Shown piece after piece: positions 37,813 to 48,127 of a DNA stretch of 64,000 nucleotides. Position 1 is the stretch's first letter. Each line of letters begins with the position of its first letter. Below the pieces are notes generated by a model, which was not told the origin of the DNA, searched no databases, and saw only the letters and a list, made by a program, of their open reading frames with translations. This DNA comes from a virus: the IMG/VR virus record IMGVR_UViG_3300025127_000022, positions 1-64,000 of that record; one strand, 5' to 3'. A program made the position numbers and the translations under genes.

Positions 37813-40482
37813 ATGGAAAAATACAATCCTAAAATACAAAAAGAGTTAGTACAAATTTACCTAGAAAAATTCTGGCCTAAGTGGCGTAGAGAAATTTTTG
37901 GTGAATTATATCGTACTTTCCATCCTAGTACTTATGAAGAGAGTTTTTCGAAGCCTACAGACAACTTTATCGACATGTTAGATATTCTAGAAGATAAGGC
38001 GGTACGAGAAGGTGTAAAATTAGGTTTAATTAATCCAGATACTTTTAATAGTTTTCCTAGATTAGATGGTGAATTAATTATAGATGAAGGGGCTAATTTA
38101 GATTGGGTACATGGTATGTTACTTTATTCAGTAGTATATGATTTGGTGATGGACTTCAGATGTTACGAAGGTGCAAATGGTATTGACCCTAATTGTGAAG
38201 GAAAATATATGAATGATTTTTACTGTCTTAAACAAGTCTACGAAAAGTTATACGATTATATGTTAATGTTAGAAGATTTTAATATACCTGTCGGGGAATT
38301 AATTGGTCAAGAAAAATTAAAAAAAATTCCACTGGTGGATTTACCAGTAGAAGAAGAATGTAGTGGTCACAAACATTCGTGGAAAAGAATAGATAGAGAA
38401 ACTGAAGAATGTAGAGGAAGAGGTGGTTGTGGTCTTTTAAGAACTAACGCACTGGAACCAGGAGTTATGTGGAGAGGAACTGATGGTATTAATGATGAAG
38501 AAACTGAAGTTGTGGATACATTATATGGTGTAGATAATAACCAAGGTTTTGATGAAGATGATGTAATTCAGGATTACCAAGACCCTAACGAATTATTACA
38601 AGAAGCTTTAAAGGATGATACTGAGGTACAATACCTTTTAGATAATATAGACCTCGTTAAAGTAATGAAGGGACCAGACTCAATTCTTATCTCTGATTAT
38701 GTGGAAGGACTACGCGAGTGGGGAAGATATAATACGATTATGACAGATTTATCTCCATTTCTAACTGACCCAGAGACTGTACTTAAAGGAGAATTATCTT
38801 CAGAGATAATGCAGTGGGCAACCGAAAACGAATCTTGGCCCCCAAACTATGAAGAATTCTTCAACCAACAGGAAGACCCTTTACCTTACTTATGGGCTAT
38901 GAGACAAAAGATTAGAGACGCTATGACCAGATTAACCATGAGGTCTATGGAACAAACTGGCGAACCTATGGATATGGATAATGTAAATAAAATATTCAAA
39001 GAGTTAGCTAGAAGAATTTATGTTTTCGTATTACGTGGACCTCATCTTAAAAGAGCACAGGATAGAAAAAGAAGATTAGATGAAGCTGATGAACTTAATC
39101 CACCAGTACAAATAGGTGACGTAATAGAGTTACTACACTTAGAAGACCCATACAGTCCTATTCCACTTTTAACTAAAGGGATTGTTGTTGGATTCGATAA
39201 AGACCCGTGGGAAAATAGATTATTAGTTAGATGGATTATAGACCCTGATGGTCCAGAGTTTAAGAATATGCCTTTATATCCATCCATAGACGCTTATAGA
39301 CTCGTTAGAAGTGAAGAACTACTAGAAGAATCAATAATATTAAATGAACAATCCACACAAACAATTGATTACACCAGTATAAGTGAACCTAAATTCTATG
39401 GTGGTAAAGGGTTTGTATTTTTAAAAACTAATGATAAAATACGTCCTGGAGTTGAACAACTTGTCCTAGTGGGTCCCACATCCAACCACCCAACCATATC
39501 TATAGATTCTTTTGAAGCACGTCCAGGAAAATATGGAGGACTACAAGTAAATTACAATGTGGATACAAGAGGAGATTTTGATTTACTATTTAAAAAATTA
39601 GAAAGAACACAACCTAAAGAAAAAACTTGTAACTTTAATTGGGTCACTAACCCCAAATATTGGACAAGAAGTTCTTGGAGAAAAAAGTTAGCTAAAGTAA
39701 TTCAAGATAGTCTTAATGAAATGTATGCTCAATATAAGGCTCCAGATGGATTACCAACACCTAATCATATTAAAAATGGTTTTATTAATGTCCCTGGTAC
39801 TGAAGCTCATGGAACTAATCATGGATGGTCTATTTTAAACTTTTTTCAAACTAACCCGTTAGTTAGACAAATTTTAATTAAAGAGTATGAAAAATTTGTT
39901 AATAACCAAGACGGAAATGATATAAAATATGCGGTAGGTTGTAAATTTAATATAGATGAGTTTATAAACTGGATTGGTACTAACAAACAATCTCTTTTCG
40001 GTATGAATAGTTCCACGTTCAAAGAAATGGTGAGAAGAAATCAGTCTTCTTGGAAGAAGGGGAACGAAAACGAACAGAAAGCCGCTCAAGAACTAATGAA
40101 ATTATATGATGGGTGGGATGTTATATATGGTGGTGAACCAGGTATTTTTAGAGATGCTTTAGAAGGTTCTGATATTAGAATTACTAATAAAGAAACGGGT
40201 GAAAGTATGGAAATACAAGTTAAACCCTTACAAAAATCCAGTGATGTTTATCAACAAGATGGTAAATGGTGGGTTAAGTCTGGATGGTTAAAACAATACC
40301 CACTTAGTGTAACACACTATTTATTCGGACCTTCAAAAGATTCTGATGAAAAGGTAGTTATTTTTAAAAATGAAGGACAGGGACCCACACACACTAAAGA
40401 AGGTGAATTTATGATATTTAACTCACCACCATTAAATAAAGGTGTTGTTAATGAATCAGTTTATAGTTCTTTTTGGAGTTAA
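37813..40482 (+). CDS. Large modular hypothetical protein
   Basis: 889 aa; modules bounded by LLQE, RLDE, LLEE and ILNE; C-terminal DI...IQVK PD-(D/E)xK-like motif; TATTTAT 37800-37806. Confidence 0.75.
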   Translation: MEKYNPKIQKELVQIYLEKFWPKWRREIFGELYRTFHPSTYEESFSKPTDNFIDMLDILEDKAVREGVKLGLINPDTFNSFPRLDGELIIDEGANLDWVHGMLLYSVVYDLVMDFRCYEGANGIDPNCEGKYMNDFYCLKQVYEKLYDYMLMLEDFNIPVGELIGQEKLKKIPLVDLPVEEECSGHKHSWKRIDRETEECRGRGGCGLLRTNALEPGVMWRGTDGINDEETEVVDTLYGVDNNQGFDEDDVIQDYQDPNELLQEALKDDTEVQYLLDNIDLVKVMKGPDSILISDYVEGLREWGRYNTIMTDLSPFLTDPETVLKGELSSEIMQWATENESWPPNYEEFFNQQEDPLPYLWAMRQKIRDAMTRLTMRSMEQTGEPMDMDNVNKIFKELARRIYVFVLRGPHLKRAQDRKRRLDEADELNPPVQIGDVIELLHLEDPYSPIPLLTKGIVVGFDKDPWENRLLVRWIIDPDGPEFKNMPLYPSIDAYRLVRSEELLEESIILNEQSTQTIDYTSISEPKFYGGKGFVFLKTNDKIRPGVEQLVLVGPTSNHPTISIDSFEARPGKYGGLQVNYNVDTRGDFDLLFKKLERTQPKEKTCNFNWVTNPKYWTRSSWRKKLAKVIQDSLNEMYAQYKAPDGLPTPNHIKNGFINVPGTEAHGTNHGWSILNFFQTNPLVRQILIKEYEKFVNNQDGNDIKYAVGCKFNIDEFINWIGTNKQSLFGMNSSTFKEMVRRNQSSWKKGNENEQKAAQELMKLYDGWDVIYGGEPGIFRDALEGSDIRITNKETGESMEIQVKPLQKSSDVYQQDGKWWVKSGWLKQYPLSVTHYLFGPSKDSDEKVVIFKNEGQGPTHTKEGEFMIFNSPPLNKGVVNESVYSSFWS

Positions 40483-41426
40483 TCATCTAGGTCTTCTAAA
40501 CTTTTTTTCATGGCTTGTGCCATATAAGTATACTCTAAACTTTTAGTCACTAGACTATCTACATCCAGTGTTGTTGTAGTGTTATCTTCATATAATGTCC
40601 ATTGAGGTTCTACAGTTGTTTGTGTTGTTGGTGTTGGATTTCCATCATATACGTCTGCTCTTACCCCAAAATCTATAGGTATTACATTACAATTATCAGC
40701 ACTTTTTTTTAGTTGTTGTGCTCTTTCTTTGTCCCTACCTTTAAAGTAATCTGAATTAGGTTGTTTAATGGTTAAATAATGGTCTAAAACAATTTGTGTA
40801 ATTTTAGAAGGTACATCAAGTGTAAGAGAGTCTACTTTCCTATCTTCAACATCCCACCAACTCATCTCTATACTTTTATTTTTTTCAAAATACCAATGAA
40901 CACCAAATTTTTCATCTGTACCTAATTTTATGACGTATAGTAATACCCCGTCATTTGAATAATTGTAAAAGGCTTTGTCATCTTCTCTACTACTCGTACA
41001 CCACTTAGTTCCCGCACCATAAATTTTAGAAGACTCATAACTTAATGGTTTTATTATTAACCATTCTTTGTCTTTATATAAAATAGAGATTTCTTTTTTT
41101 AAATCTTTTTTCTTTAGTTTTAATTCAGCATAAACTAATTGTTCATGTAAATCTCTAAAATCTTTAATTAGTGATATATCCTTAATATTAGTTCTATTAT
41201 TATTTAAGTGTTCATTAAAATCTCTTAATGCACGTAAATTTTCTATACCAATCAAATGAGTTATTTCAGATGTGACATATTTTTTAAACTCAGAAGATTC
41301 TTCTTTAAATCGTTTAAGTAATAATGTTAGAAACTTATTAGTTTTTGAAGGGTCTAGTTCTGCTAGGATATCAATAATATTAATAACCAAGCCCTTATGT
41401 TGGTTTTTTAAATCTTTTTTTCCCAT
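40479..41426 (-). CDS. Hypothetical phage protein
   Basis: KPLSYESS..YGAGTKWCT domain. Confidence 0.72.
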   Translation of the reverse strand: MGKKDLKNQHKGLVINIIDILAELDPSKTNKFLTLLLKRFKEESSEFKKYVTSEITHLIGIENLRALRDFNEHLNNNRTNIKDISLIKDFRDLHEQLVYAELKLKKKDLKKEISILYKDKEWLIIKPLSYESSKIYGAGTKWCTSSREDDKAFYNYSNDGVLLYVIKLGTDEKFGVHWYFEKNKSIEMSWWDVEDRKVDSLTLDVPSKITQIVLDHYLTIKQPNSDYFKGRDKERAQQLKKSADNCNVIPIDFGVRADVYDGNPTPTTQTTVEPQWTLYEDNTTTTLDVDSLVTKSLEYTYMAQAMKKSLEDLDD

Positions 41427-41509
41427 AACATAATTGTATTAATTTTTTTTAGTAAAGGAAATGTCTTTTGCTTACATTATAAATACTTATTCTCAAAAAT
41501 AATATCATT

Positions 41510-41656
41510 ATGGAATTGTACGACATTATAGAATTACTAAATGAAGCCATTCAAGACGAGGATTGGGATTTAGTAGAAACATGTAAGAACAAGTTAGAGG
41601 AGGCTTATGATTTAAACGACGGTAGTCTAGACAATTATTTTGAAATAGAGGACTAG
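41510..41656 (+). CDS. Small acidic protein (48 aa, not in ORF track)
   Basis: MELYDIIELLNEAIQDEDWDLVE... Confidence 0.5.
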   Translation: MELYDIIELLNEAIQDEDWDLVETCKNKLEEAYDLNDGSLDNYFEIED

Positions 41657-42564
41657 TTAATTCTTTCCATCCACACACTTATAGAACCCGAGGTTCCAAA
41701 AATACCATTCATTGTAAGGTTATTTAATTCTCCTTCATCGATGAAAGACAACCCTACTTGCCCTGAATAGTTACCACCAAAAGTCACACATTCGTATAAT
41801 GTAAGATTATAAAGATTATTACCAGTATTGTTAGAGAAAGAGTAAGTATTAGGATTGGAACCGTTTATATCATAGGAAACACCACTTACAAAGTTAATAG
41901 TATCATTAGGATAAACTGGTGTCATACCATCATCATATCTAGTGATAACCCAAGAAGTACCATTTAATTGTAAATGTCCAGGAACTGTACCAGTCACTAA
42001 ATCTACGGTTCCACCGTATTCATAGTCAAATTGACTGTCGTAAGTACAAGAGGGACAACTATAGCCACTTCTTACAAAAGTTAAAACACTGTAGTAGTGG
42101 TAATTATCACCATGATTAGATTCATTAGATTCGTATACTTTAACATTTAAAACATCATCAGTGAAATTTAAAATTCCTAAACTTCTCGCAGACCCATAGG
42201 GAGGTATACCTAAAAGTCTATACTGTGTCCTACTTCCACTACCATGAGTACTATACTCATAAGTGTTACCATTATCTAAAGTAAAAATTCCATCCTCAAA
42301 ATACCAAGTAGTAACATTTTGTTCTATGTTGTCTACATCCACTAAAGAACCTCCGAATATATCTAAATTAGATACTGTCTGATTACCATCAAAATGGTCA
42401 TAATAAATCAAATCTCCTGTAGTTAAATTTTCAGTATAAACTTTTGCATTAACTAAAACCCACTCAGTACCTTCAATGGTCGGTATGTCTACCTCAAATT
42501 CATATTTTTCACAACTCGTGAAAACTAAACTCAATAAAGTAAGATATAAAAAAATTCTGTTCAT
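41653..42564 (-). CDS. Putative lipoprotein
   Basis: FTSC-EKYEFE lipoprotein signal; two GT.W beta domains; TTTG-N20-TATCTTTG on minus (42606-42637). Confidence 0.72.
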   Translation of the reverse strand: MNRIFLYLTLLSLVFTSCEKYEFEVDIPTIEGTEWVLVNAKVYTENLTTGDLIYYDHFDGNQTVSNLDIFGGSLVDVDNIEQNVTTWYFEDGIFTLDNGNTYEYSTHGSGSRTQYRLLGIPPYGSARSLGILNFTDDVLNVKVYESNESNHGDNYHYYSVLTFVRSGYSCPSCTYDSQFDYEYGGTVDLVTGTVPGHLQLNGTSWVITRYDDGMTPVYPNDTINFVSGVSYDINGSNPNTYSFSNNTGNNLYNLTLYECVTFGGNYSGQVGLSFIDEGELNNLTMNGIFGTSGSISVWMERIN

Positions 42565-42660
42565 AGATAAATGTTTTAAATGTGTGTATTTTGTCTTTAA
42601 TAGTACAAAGATAAATAATTATTCTTTAATAACCAAATATTTATAGGAAAAAAGTATAAA

Positions 42661-42984
42661 ATGGGAAACGCATTTAAATTAAGTCTTCATCTTGAACATA
42701 TTGTAAAAGATATAGTTAACAAGAAAAAAGTGCACTACACTGAAGAAGGTTTAAGAGAAAACATATTTACCTTTCTTGATACTATTTATGATAATAGGAA
42801 GAAGTTTAAATTGACCGAAGCAACAAAATTAATTAAGGGAGGTTTTAGGGACCAATTAATTGAAGAAGCTGTATGTGAAATGTCAGATGATGAAGATTAT
42901 CTTACTTCTACTATTAATAAAAAAATTAATAACCTTTCAAAACACTACATAAGAGAGTGGATAAATAAAAAAATAAGCAAATGA
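42661..42984 (+). CDS. Hypothetical protein
   Basis: TATTTAT 42638-42644. Confidence 0.65.
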   Translation: MGNAFKLSLHLEHIVKDIVNKKKVHYTEEGLRENIFTFLDTIYDNRKKFKLTEATKLIKGGFRDQLIEEAVCEMSDDEDYLTSTINKKINNLSKHYIREWINKKISK

Positions 42985-43301
42985 AAAAAGTAATAAGACT
43001 TACTGAATCTGAATTAGTTAGAATTATAGAGAATTTAACCTTAGGTCATGAATTAGAAGAAAAAAAAGAAACCTCTAAAACAAAAAGTGAACCATTACCT
43101 AAAAGTGCTAATCCCGTAGCTAAAGATATTTTTAAAAAAATTGAAGGACATTTAAATGCAACTAAAGGAGCTTTCAGCTTAAAAGATAAAAATGTAACTG
43201 AAAATTTTGAAGACGATAAGTTGTATAAGAAATGGAATTGGAAAACCAATAATGGTAAAGTTAATGTAACTGTTACTGTTGATGTTAAAATGAATGATTA
43301 A
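42981..43301 (+). CDS. Leader-bearing hypothetical protein
   Basis: MKKVIRLTESELVRIIE. Confidence 0.7.
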   Translation: MKKVIRLTESELVRIIENLTLGHELEEKKETSKTKSEPLPKSANPVAKDIFKKIEGHLNATKGAFSLKDKNVTENFEDDKLYKKWNWKTNNGKVNVTVTVDVKMND

Positions 43302-43303
43302 TA

Positions 43304-44395
43304 ATGAATAAGGTAACAGTAAATGAAACTGAATTAATTACAATCATTAAAACAATGATTAGTGAACAAGAAGGTACTGCTGGAGGTGGTGTTGAAGCTG
43401 GAACTTCAGATGCTGGTGGTACTGGTGCAAAAACGTGGGAAACTGGTTTAACCAGAGGTTCAGCTAATCCTGCTGGTGGTGGTGTAAGTCACTGGGCAGA
43501 CTCTTATTCTATTAGTAGAGGTAAAGCAAATCCTTTATGGGAAGATAGTGATGAAGAAGGTATGTTTGATATGGAGGTAGAAGATGATGGGTTTACTACA
43601 GCAGATAGAGATATTAGGTCTTATTATAACAAACCTTCATTTGATGAGATGAAAAGAAAACATTCATTAGATTATGATACAGAGTTTGATGTGGACTTAC
43701 TAAATGAAAGTAAGTGGTACAATACTTTTTTAGATTTTGTGGGGATTGTAGACCCAACAGGTATCGCTGATGGTATTAACGCCATGTCTTACTTTAGACA
43801 AGGTGATATTCTATATGGAATGTTAAGTTTGATATCTCTAGTACCATATGTTGGAGACGCTATAGCTAAACCATTTATTGGTTTAATGAAAGCAGGAAAA
43901 ATAAATGCTAAAGCTATTAACGCTGGACTTAAAAGTGGTAATGCTGCTAAAGTAGCTTCGGAGATGGGTAAAACAAAGGCTGGTAAAGCTGTTCTTGAAA
44001 GTATGAAAAATCCATCAACACAAGGATTCTTAGGTAAGATAATATCTAAAATAGGGAAATTACCAGGATTTAGGGCTTTCTCTAAAGACGCAAAGACATA
44101 TGTTAGAGTATTCACTCAAGCAGCAAAACAAACAGGAAAAGTTAAAATATTCCGTAAGAGTGGTGGATTACTAACTAGAATGCAAAGAAAAGGATTATTA
44201 AACAGAACAAAATTATATTCTAAATTTATAAACTACCTTACAGGAACTGGTGTAGGAGCAGCAGCAATAGAAGGTATGGATGAAGGAACATTAAATGGCA
44301 AATTTGAGGAATTTTTAAAGTCAGACGAGGGAACCAGTTTCTTTAACGACTTAAATAAACAAGACCAAGGAGATTTTGTGGATGCCTTAAAGTAA
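43304..44395 (+). CDS. Leader-bearing protein with pre-toxin-TG-like hydrophobic hairpin
   Basis: LLNE followed by LDFVGIVDPTGIADGINA..Y...GD...G.LSLISLVPYVGD. Confidence 0.68.
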   Translation: MNKVTVNETELITIIKTMISEQEGTAGGGVEAGTSDAGGTGAKTWETGLTRGSANPAGGGVSHWADSYSISRGKANPLWEDSDEEGMFDMEVEDDGFTTADRDIRSYYNKPSFDEMKRKHSLDYDTEFDVDLLNESKWYNTFLDFVGIVDPTGIADGINAMSYFRQGDILYGMLSLISLVPYVGDAIAKPFIGLMKAGKINAKAINAGLKSGNAAKVASEMGKTKAGKAVLESMKNPSTQGFLGKIISKIGKLPGFRAFSKDAKTYVRVFTQAAKQTGKVKIFRKSGGLLTRMQRKGLLNRTKLYSKFINYLTGTGVGAAAIEGMDEGTLNGKFEEFLKSDEGTSFFNDLNKQDQGDFVDALK

Positions 44396-44445
44396 TAAAC
44401 AATAAATTTTAATAGATAACTAAATATTTATAAAAAAAAACAAAA

Positions 44446-46803
44446 ATGGAAAAACCTAAAATGTCATTGACCGAAGAACTAAGAAAAATAGACCATTTAA
44501 ATGGCTATGATAAAGAATTTACCTTAGAAGAGTCAAAAAAATACAGTGAAGAAACTAAAAATCGTACTTACGATTTAAACATATTAACAGAAGAAGAAGC
44601 TAAAATCAAATATAAAGATTTTTTAAATGAGGGAAAAAAACCTGAACTACTTCTAGAATTTTTACCTGCTATTGCTAGTGGTATCGTTAGACTTTTACCT
44701 TTTGCTGGAAGAGCTCTTGCAAGTGTAGGTAGGTTCGGAGCTAGAGGGGGTAAACTATTTAAAAAGTTTCCTAAAATGGGAAAAGCTTTAGGTTTTGGTA
44801 AAATTTCAACAAAAGGATTAAACCTTGGTAAGGCAACTCCATTAGCTGCTAGAGGTTTTACAGGTGCGGGTGGTAAAATGGGTGGTAAAGTAGTACCAGG
44901 TTTACTTAATGCACAAGCTACTAGAGGATTAGGTTCTTTACTTACATGGGGAACTGGAGCGTGGTTGGTTAACTCTTTTGCAAGTGGTAGTAGTACCCCT
45001 TTACCAGGAGACGCGGTAGCGGGTCAAGAAGATTGGGCAAATGGTGAACAACCATCAAAAGAAGATTGGATGTCTATGTGTTTTGCACCCGAGTACTATG
45101 AAAGTTTAGTACAAATGGATAATGATGATAGTAATGTAACCGTAACTTTTCAGTCAGAAGCAGATATTGTACAAATCGCAACAGCTATTAATGACGCTAC
45201 TGAAGGTGGTGAAAAATATTTTGGTAAAGGTATTGTTGATTTTTTAACTTTTGATGTAGCCGCGGGAGCAGGTACTGACGAAGACACTATTTTTAGAGCC
45301 TTCCAACAAATTAATACTGTTGGGGACTGTTCACATCTAGCTAAAATGTATCAACTTAAATTTGATGTTCCTTTAATAGAGGAATTATATGATGAATTAG
45401 ATGAAGCTGACTTAAATCAAATTTACAATATTCTAAAAGGAAAACCATTAGCAATTATTAATGGTAAAAGAATATTCACTAATGATGATTTAGATGAGTT
45501 ATTAGAAAAAGAAGCTAAAGAGGTAATTGAAAGACCTGAAGGTTTACCAGCTTATAGATTAAAATTTAATAGTTTATTTGGAGGAGCACTGGTAGATGTA
45601 TTTGTAGGTGTGGATGACGCGGGAACTTCAGCATTAGCAGCTGTATTTAAATCTGGTAGTAAAGATTATTTGGGACAATTCCAATATGTAGAAAACTCTG
45701 AAGAAAAATACTTTTTCCAAACACCAACAGGTGAAGTAGGTGCAGTTACTGATGAAGACGACAAAGCAAAACTTGCAAAAATATTCGGTAAAGCAGATGA
45801 TGAATCAGACGCGGAAAAAGATATATTAATTTTAACTAAAGATATTGAAGTTGATGGTACAATATATGATGTAGACGAAAATTTGGCAGACATCGAAGGA
45901 CCAGAAGGTACTGCTGATGAATATATAGATGAGTTAGTTAGAGATAACCCTACTACAGCTAAAAGAAAACCTACCGCACTCCAAGGAGCTGCTATCGCAT
46001 TAGCGATGGGTGTTAAAGATTTTGAGGTTTTAACAGAATCAATCACAGGATTAGCTGAAGTTTTAGGTGAAAGTAAATTAGTCGTAGAACAAAAATACAC
46101 CGTTAACTTTGATAAAGATGATGACAAATACTCAATTCGAAGAGTAAGAAGAACAAGTGGAAATACTGAAGAAAAACCAGAAACTACAAAAGATGATAGT
46201 AGTAGTAGTTCATCTTATGGTGTAGCACCAACGTTAACTGCAGTTGCAGCTGGTAATGGGATAATCAAGAAAGGTATGAGAGGAGATTCAGTAGCAGCAA
46301 TACAAAGAATGTTAAATATGAGTCCTATAACTGGTATATTTAATTCAGCTACAGAAAAAGAAGTGAGAGATTACCAATCTTCAAATAGACTTAAAGTAGA
46401 TGGTATAGTTGGTCCAGAAACTGCTGGTTTAATGGTTAAAGGAATGGATTTTAAAGGAAATGAAAAACCTACACCAGAAAGAGAAGTCGCTTCTTCGGAA
46501 ACCAAATCTACTGAAGAAGAAATAAAAAATACTTCTGGAAGATTTAGTAGTAAAGATGCCGCTGAACAAAGTTTAAAGAATCTAGAAAAGATAAACGATA
46601 CCAAAGCTACAAAAAGTGAATGTGTAATGGTTATAGCTGCAGCATCTAAAGCACTACCAACAATAGGAGGACCTAACACTTATAAAGTATTACAATACTG
46701 TTACGCAGCGTACAACTTTGGTTTAGGAAAAGAAACTAGACGTGTTAAAAGAGCGTATGGAATTAAAGGTGACGGTGATTTAAGAAATAAAAGAAGAAGA
46801 TAA
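44446..46803 (+). CDS. Leader-bearing annexin-repeat and peptidoglycan-binding-domain protein; paralog of 30381..32021
   Basis: GAGTDEDTIF...Y...F...LIEELYDEL; KGMRGDSVAAIQRML...TGIF...YQ....LKVDGIVGPET; shared C-terminus; TATTTAT 44425-44431. Confidence 0.75.
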   Translation: MEKPKMSLTEELRKIDHLNGYDKEFTLEESKKYSEETKNRTYDLNILTEEEAKIKYKDFLNEGKKPELLLEFLPAIASGIVRLLPFAGRALASVGRFGARGGKLFKKFPKMGKALGFGKISTKGLNLGKATPLAARGFTGAGGKMGGKVVPGLLNAQATRGLGSLLTWGTGAWLVNSFASGSSTPLPGDAVAGQEDWANGEQPSKEDWMSMCFAPEYYESLVQMDNDDSNVTVTFQSEADIVQIATAINDATEGGEKYFGKGIVDFLTFDVAAGAGTDEDTIFRAFQQINTVGDCSHLAKMYQLKFDVPLIEELYDELDEADLNQIYNILKGKPLAIINGKRIFTNDDLDELLEKEAKEVIERPEGLPAYRLKFNSLFGGALVDVFVGVDDAGTSALAAVFKSGSKDYLGQFQYVENSEEKYFFQTPTGEVGAVTDEDDKAKLAKIFGKADDESDAEKDILILTKDIEVDGTIYDVDENLADIEGPEGTADEYIDELVRDNPTTAKRKPTALQGAAIALAMGVKDFEVLTESITGLAEVLGESKLVVEQKYTVNFDKDDDKYSIRRVRRTSGNTEEKPETTKDDSSSSSSYGVAPTLTAVAAGNGIIKKGMRGDSVAAIQRMLNMSPITGIFNSATEKEVRDYQSSNRLKVDGIVGPETAGLMVKGMDFKGNEKPTPEREVASSETKSTEEEIKNTSGRFSSKDAAEQSLKNLEKINDTKATKSECVMVIAAASKALPTIGGPNTYKVLQYCYAAYNFGLGKETRRVKRAYGIKGDGDLRNKRRR

Positions 46804-46816
46804 AATATAATAGATA

Positions 46817-47665
46817 ATGTCTAAAATACAATTTAAAGAATCAGAATTAGTATCATTTATTGAAGATTTAGTAAATGAAGAAAAAGTAAAACAACAAAAA
46901 CCAGTTCTTTCAGAATCAAAAGAAAGAAAAATAGGTATATGGATGGATAGATTTTCCAGAAGAAATCAAGGTAAATCACCAGACACTATATTTGAAAACT
47001 ATGTACAAGAAATCCATAGATTAAATAGAAATGGGATTACTACTGACGACTTATCTAACTATCTTGTAAAACATGAAAATATACTTAGTGAACAAGCTGC
47101 ATTTACAATGTCTCAAAACCAAGGAGTTATGGGTACATTGTGGGAAACAATTCGTGAAAAATTATATAGATGGATTTTAGGTTTTATGGGCATTAAAGAC
47201 GGTGAATTAAAAGAAATACTTGCAACATCTCTAGGTAACGTACCATTTACCCAGTTACCTAAATTAATGAATTGTGAATACTTAACTCCTATATTAACTA
47301 AAGGTGTTTTAGAATATGGTGTAAGAAGAGTTAACAGACAATTAACTGGTATGGGTGGAACAGTAGAACAAATATTTGGTAACTCACTGACTAACTTAGG
47401 TGATAACATGGAATTCTATAAAGAATTAGAAAAACAAGTAAGAGACTATCTATGTGGAGCTTTAGGTAAAAAGAAAGACCAAGTACAGGATGCTTTAAAG
47501 GATGTAGAAGAAAAGAAAAACCAACAATTTAAAGGGCAAGACCTTGGTGGTGGTGGAGAAGTACCACCTGAAACATCAGGTCAAGGTACCGCATCTTCTG
47601 GTGGCGGACTTAGTGATATAGCTCAAAAGTATTTCCAACAGTTTATGCAAAATCTCGGAAGATAA
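46817..47665 (+). CDS. Leader-bearing hypothetical protein
   Basis: MSKIQFKESELVSFIEDLVNE; internal VLSE and ILSE. Confidence 0.72.
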   Translation: MSKIQFKESELVSFIEDLVNEEKVKQQKPVLSESKERKIGIWMDRFSRRNQGKSPDTIFENYVQEIHRLNRNGITTDDLSNYLVKHENILSEQAAFTMSQNQGVMGTLWETIREKLYRWILGFMGIKDGELKEILATSLGNVPFTQLPKLMNCEYLTPILTKGVLEYGVRRVNRQLTGMGGTVEQIFGNSLTNLGDNMEFYKELEKQVRDYLCGALGKKKDQVQDALKDVEEKKNQQFKGQDLGGGGEVPPETSGQGTASSGGGLSDIAQKYFQQFMQNLGR

Positions 47666-47689
47666 TTATTAAATAATACATAAAAACAG

Positions 47690-47715
47690 AAAAGGTCCCA
47701 ATCGGGACCTTTTTT
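47690..47715. terminator. Bidirectional intrinsic terminator
   Basis: AAAAGGTCCC-AATC-GGGACCTTTT between convergent units. Confidence 0.85.
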
Positions 47716-47718
47716 AAT

Positions 47719-48127
47719 TGGTGGAGATGGGGGGATTCGAACCCCCGTCTTGTCCACTGTCTATTGTACCTATCCTACACGCTTAGTTTATTCTTTTATT
47801 CTCGGACTTACCCTTCTAGAATAAACAACCATCCAGAAGCCCCAACCATAATGTTGTTTAACCACCTTAATGGTATTGGTGCGGTCGATTTGTAGGATGA
47901 CACCTCATATACTATAGAAACAAATCTTAAATTCTATAGAAGAGATGGAGCTTTAGTCGTAATTTAATTACGCTACAGCTACAGTTGACTCCTCACGGAT
48001 AAGACCGAGAGTTGCCATGGTATCTAATACGTCGCCGATTAGAAGTATAAACCAGTTTTACAAGGTTAGTTTAGCCTCGACGTGCTGATATCAATCAAAC
48101 TAATGTCAATCAATTCCAGTCATCCCC
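47719..48127 (-). ncRNA. ssrA: tmRNA
   Basis: 5' GGGGATG pairs with CATCTCC-ACCA 3' (G3-U wobble); T arm GGGGG-TTCGAAT-CCCCC; 409 nt; internal tag ORF 48036-47968. Confidence 0.92.
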
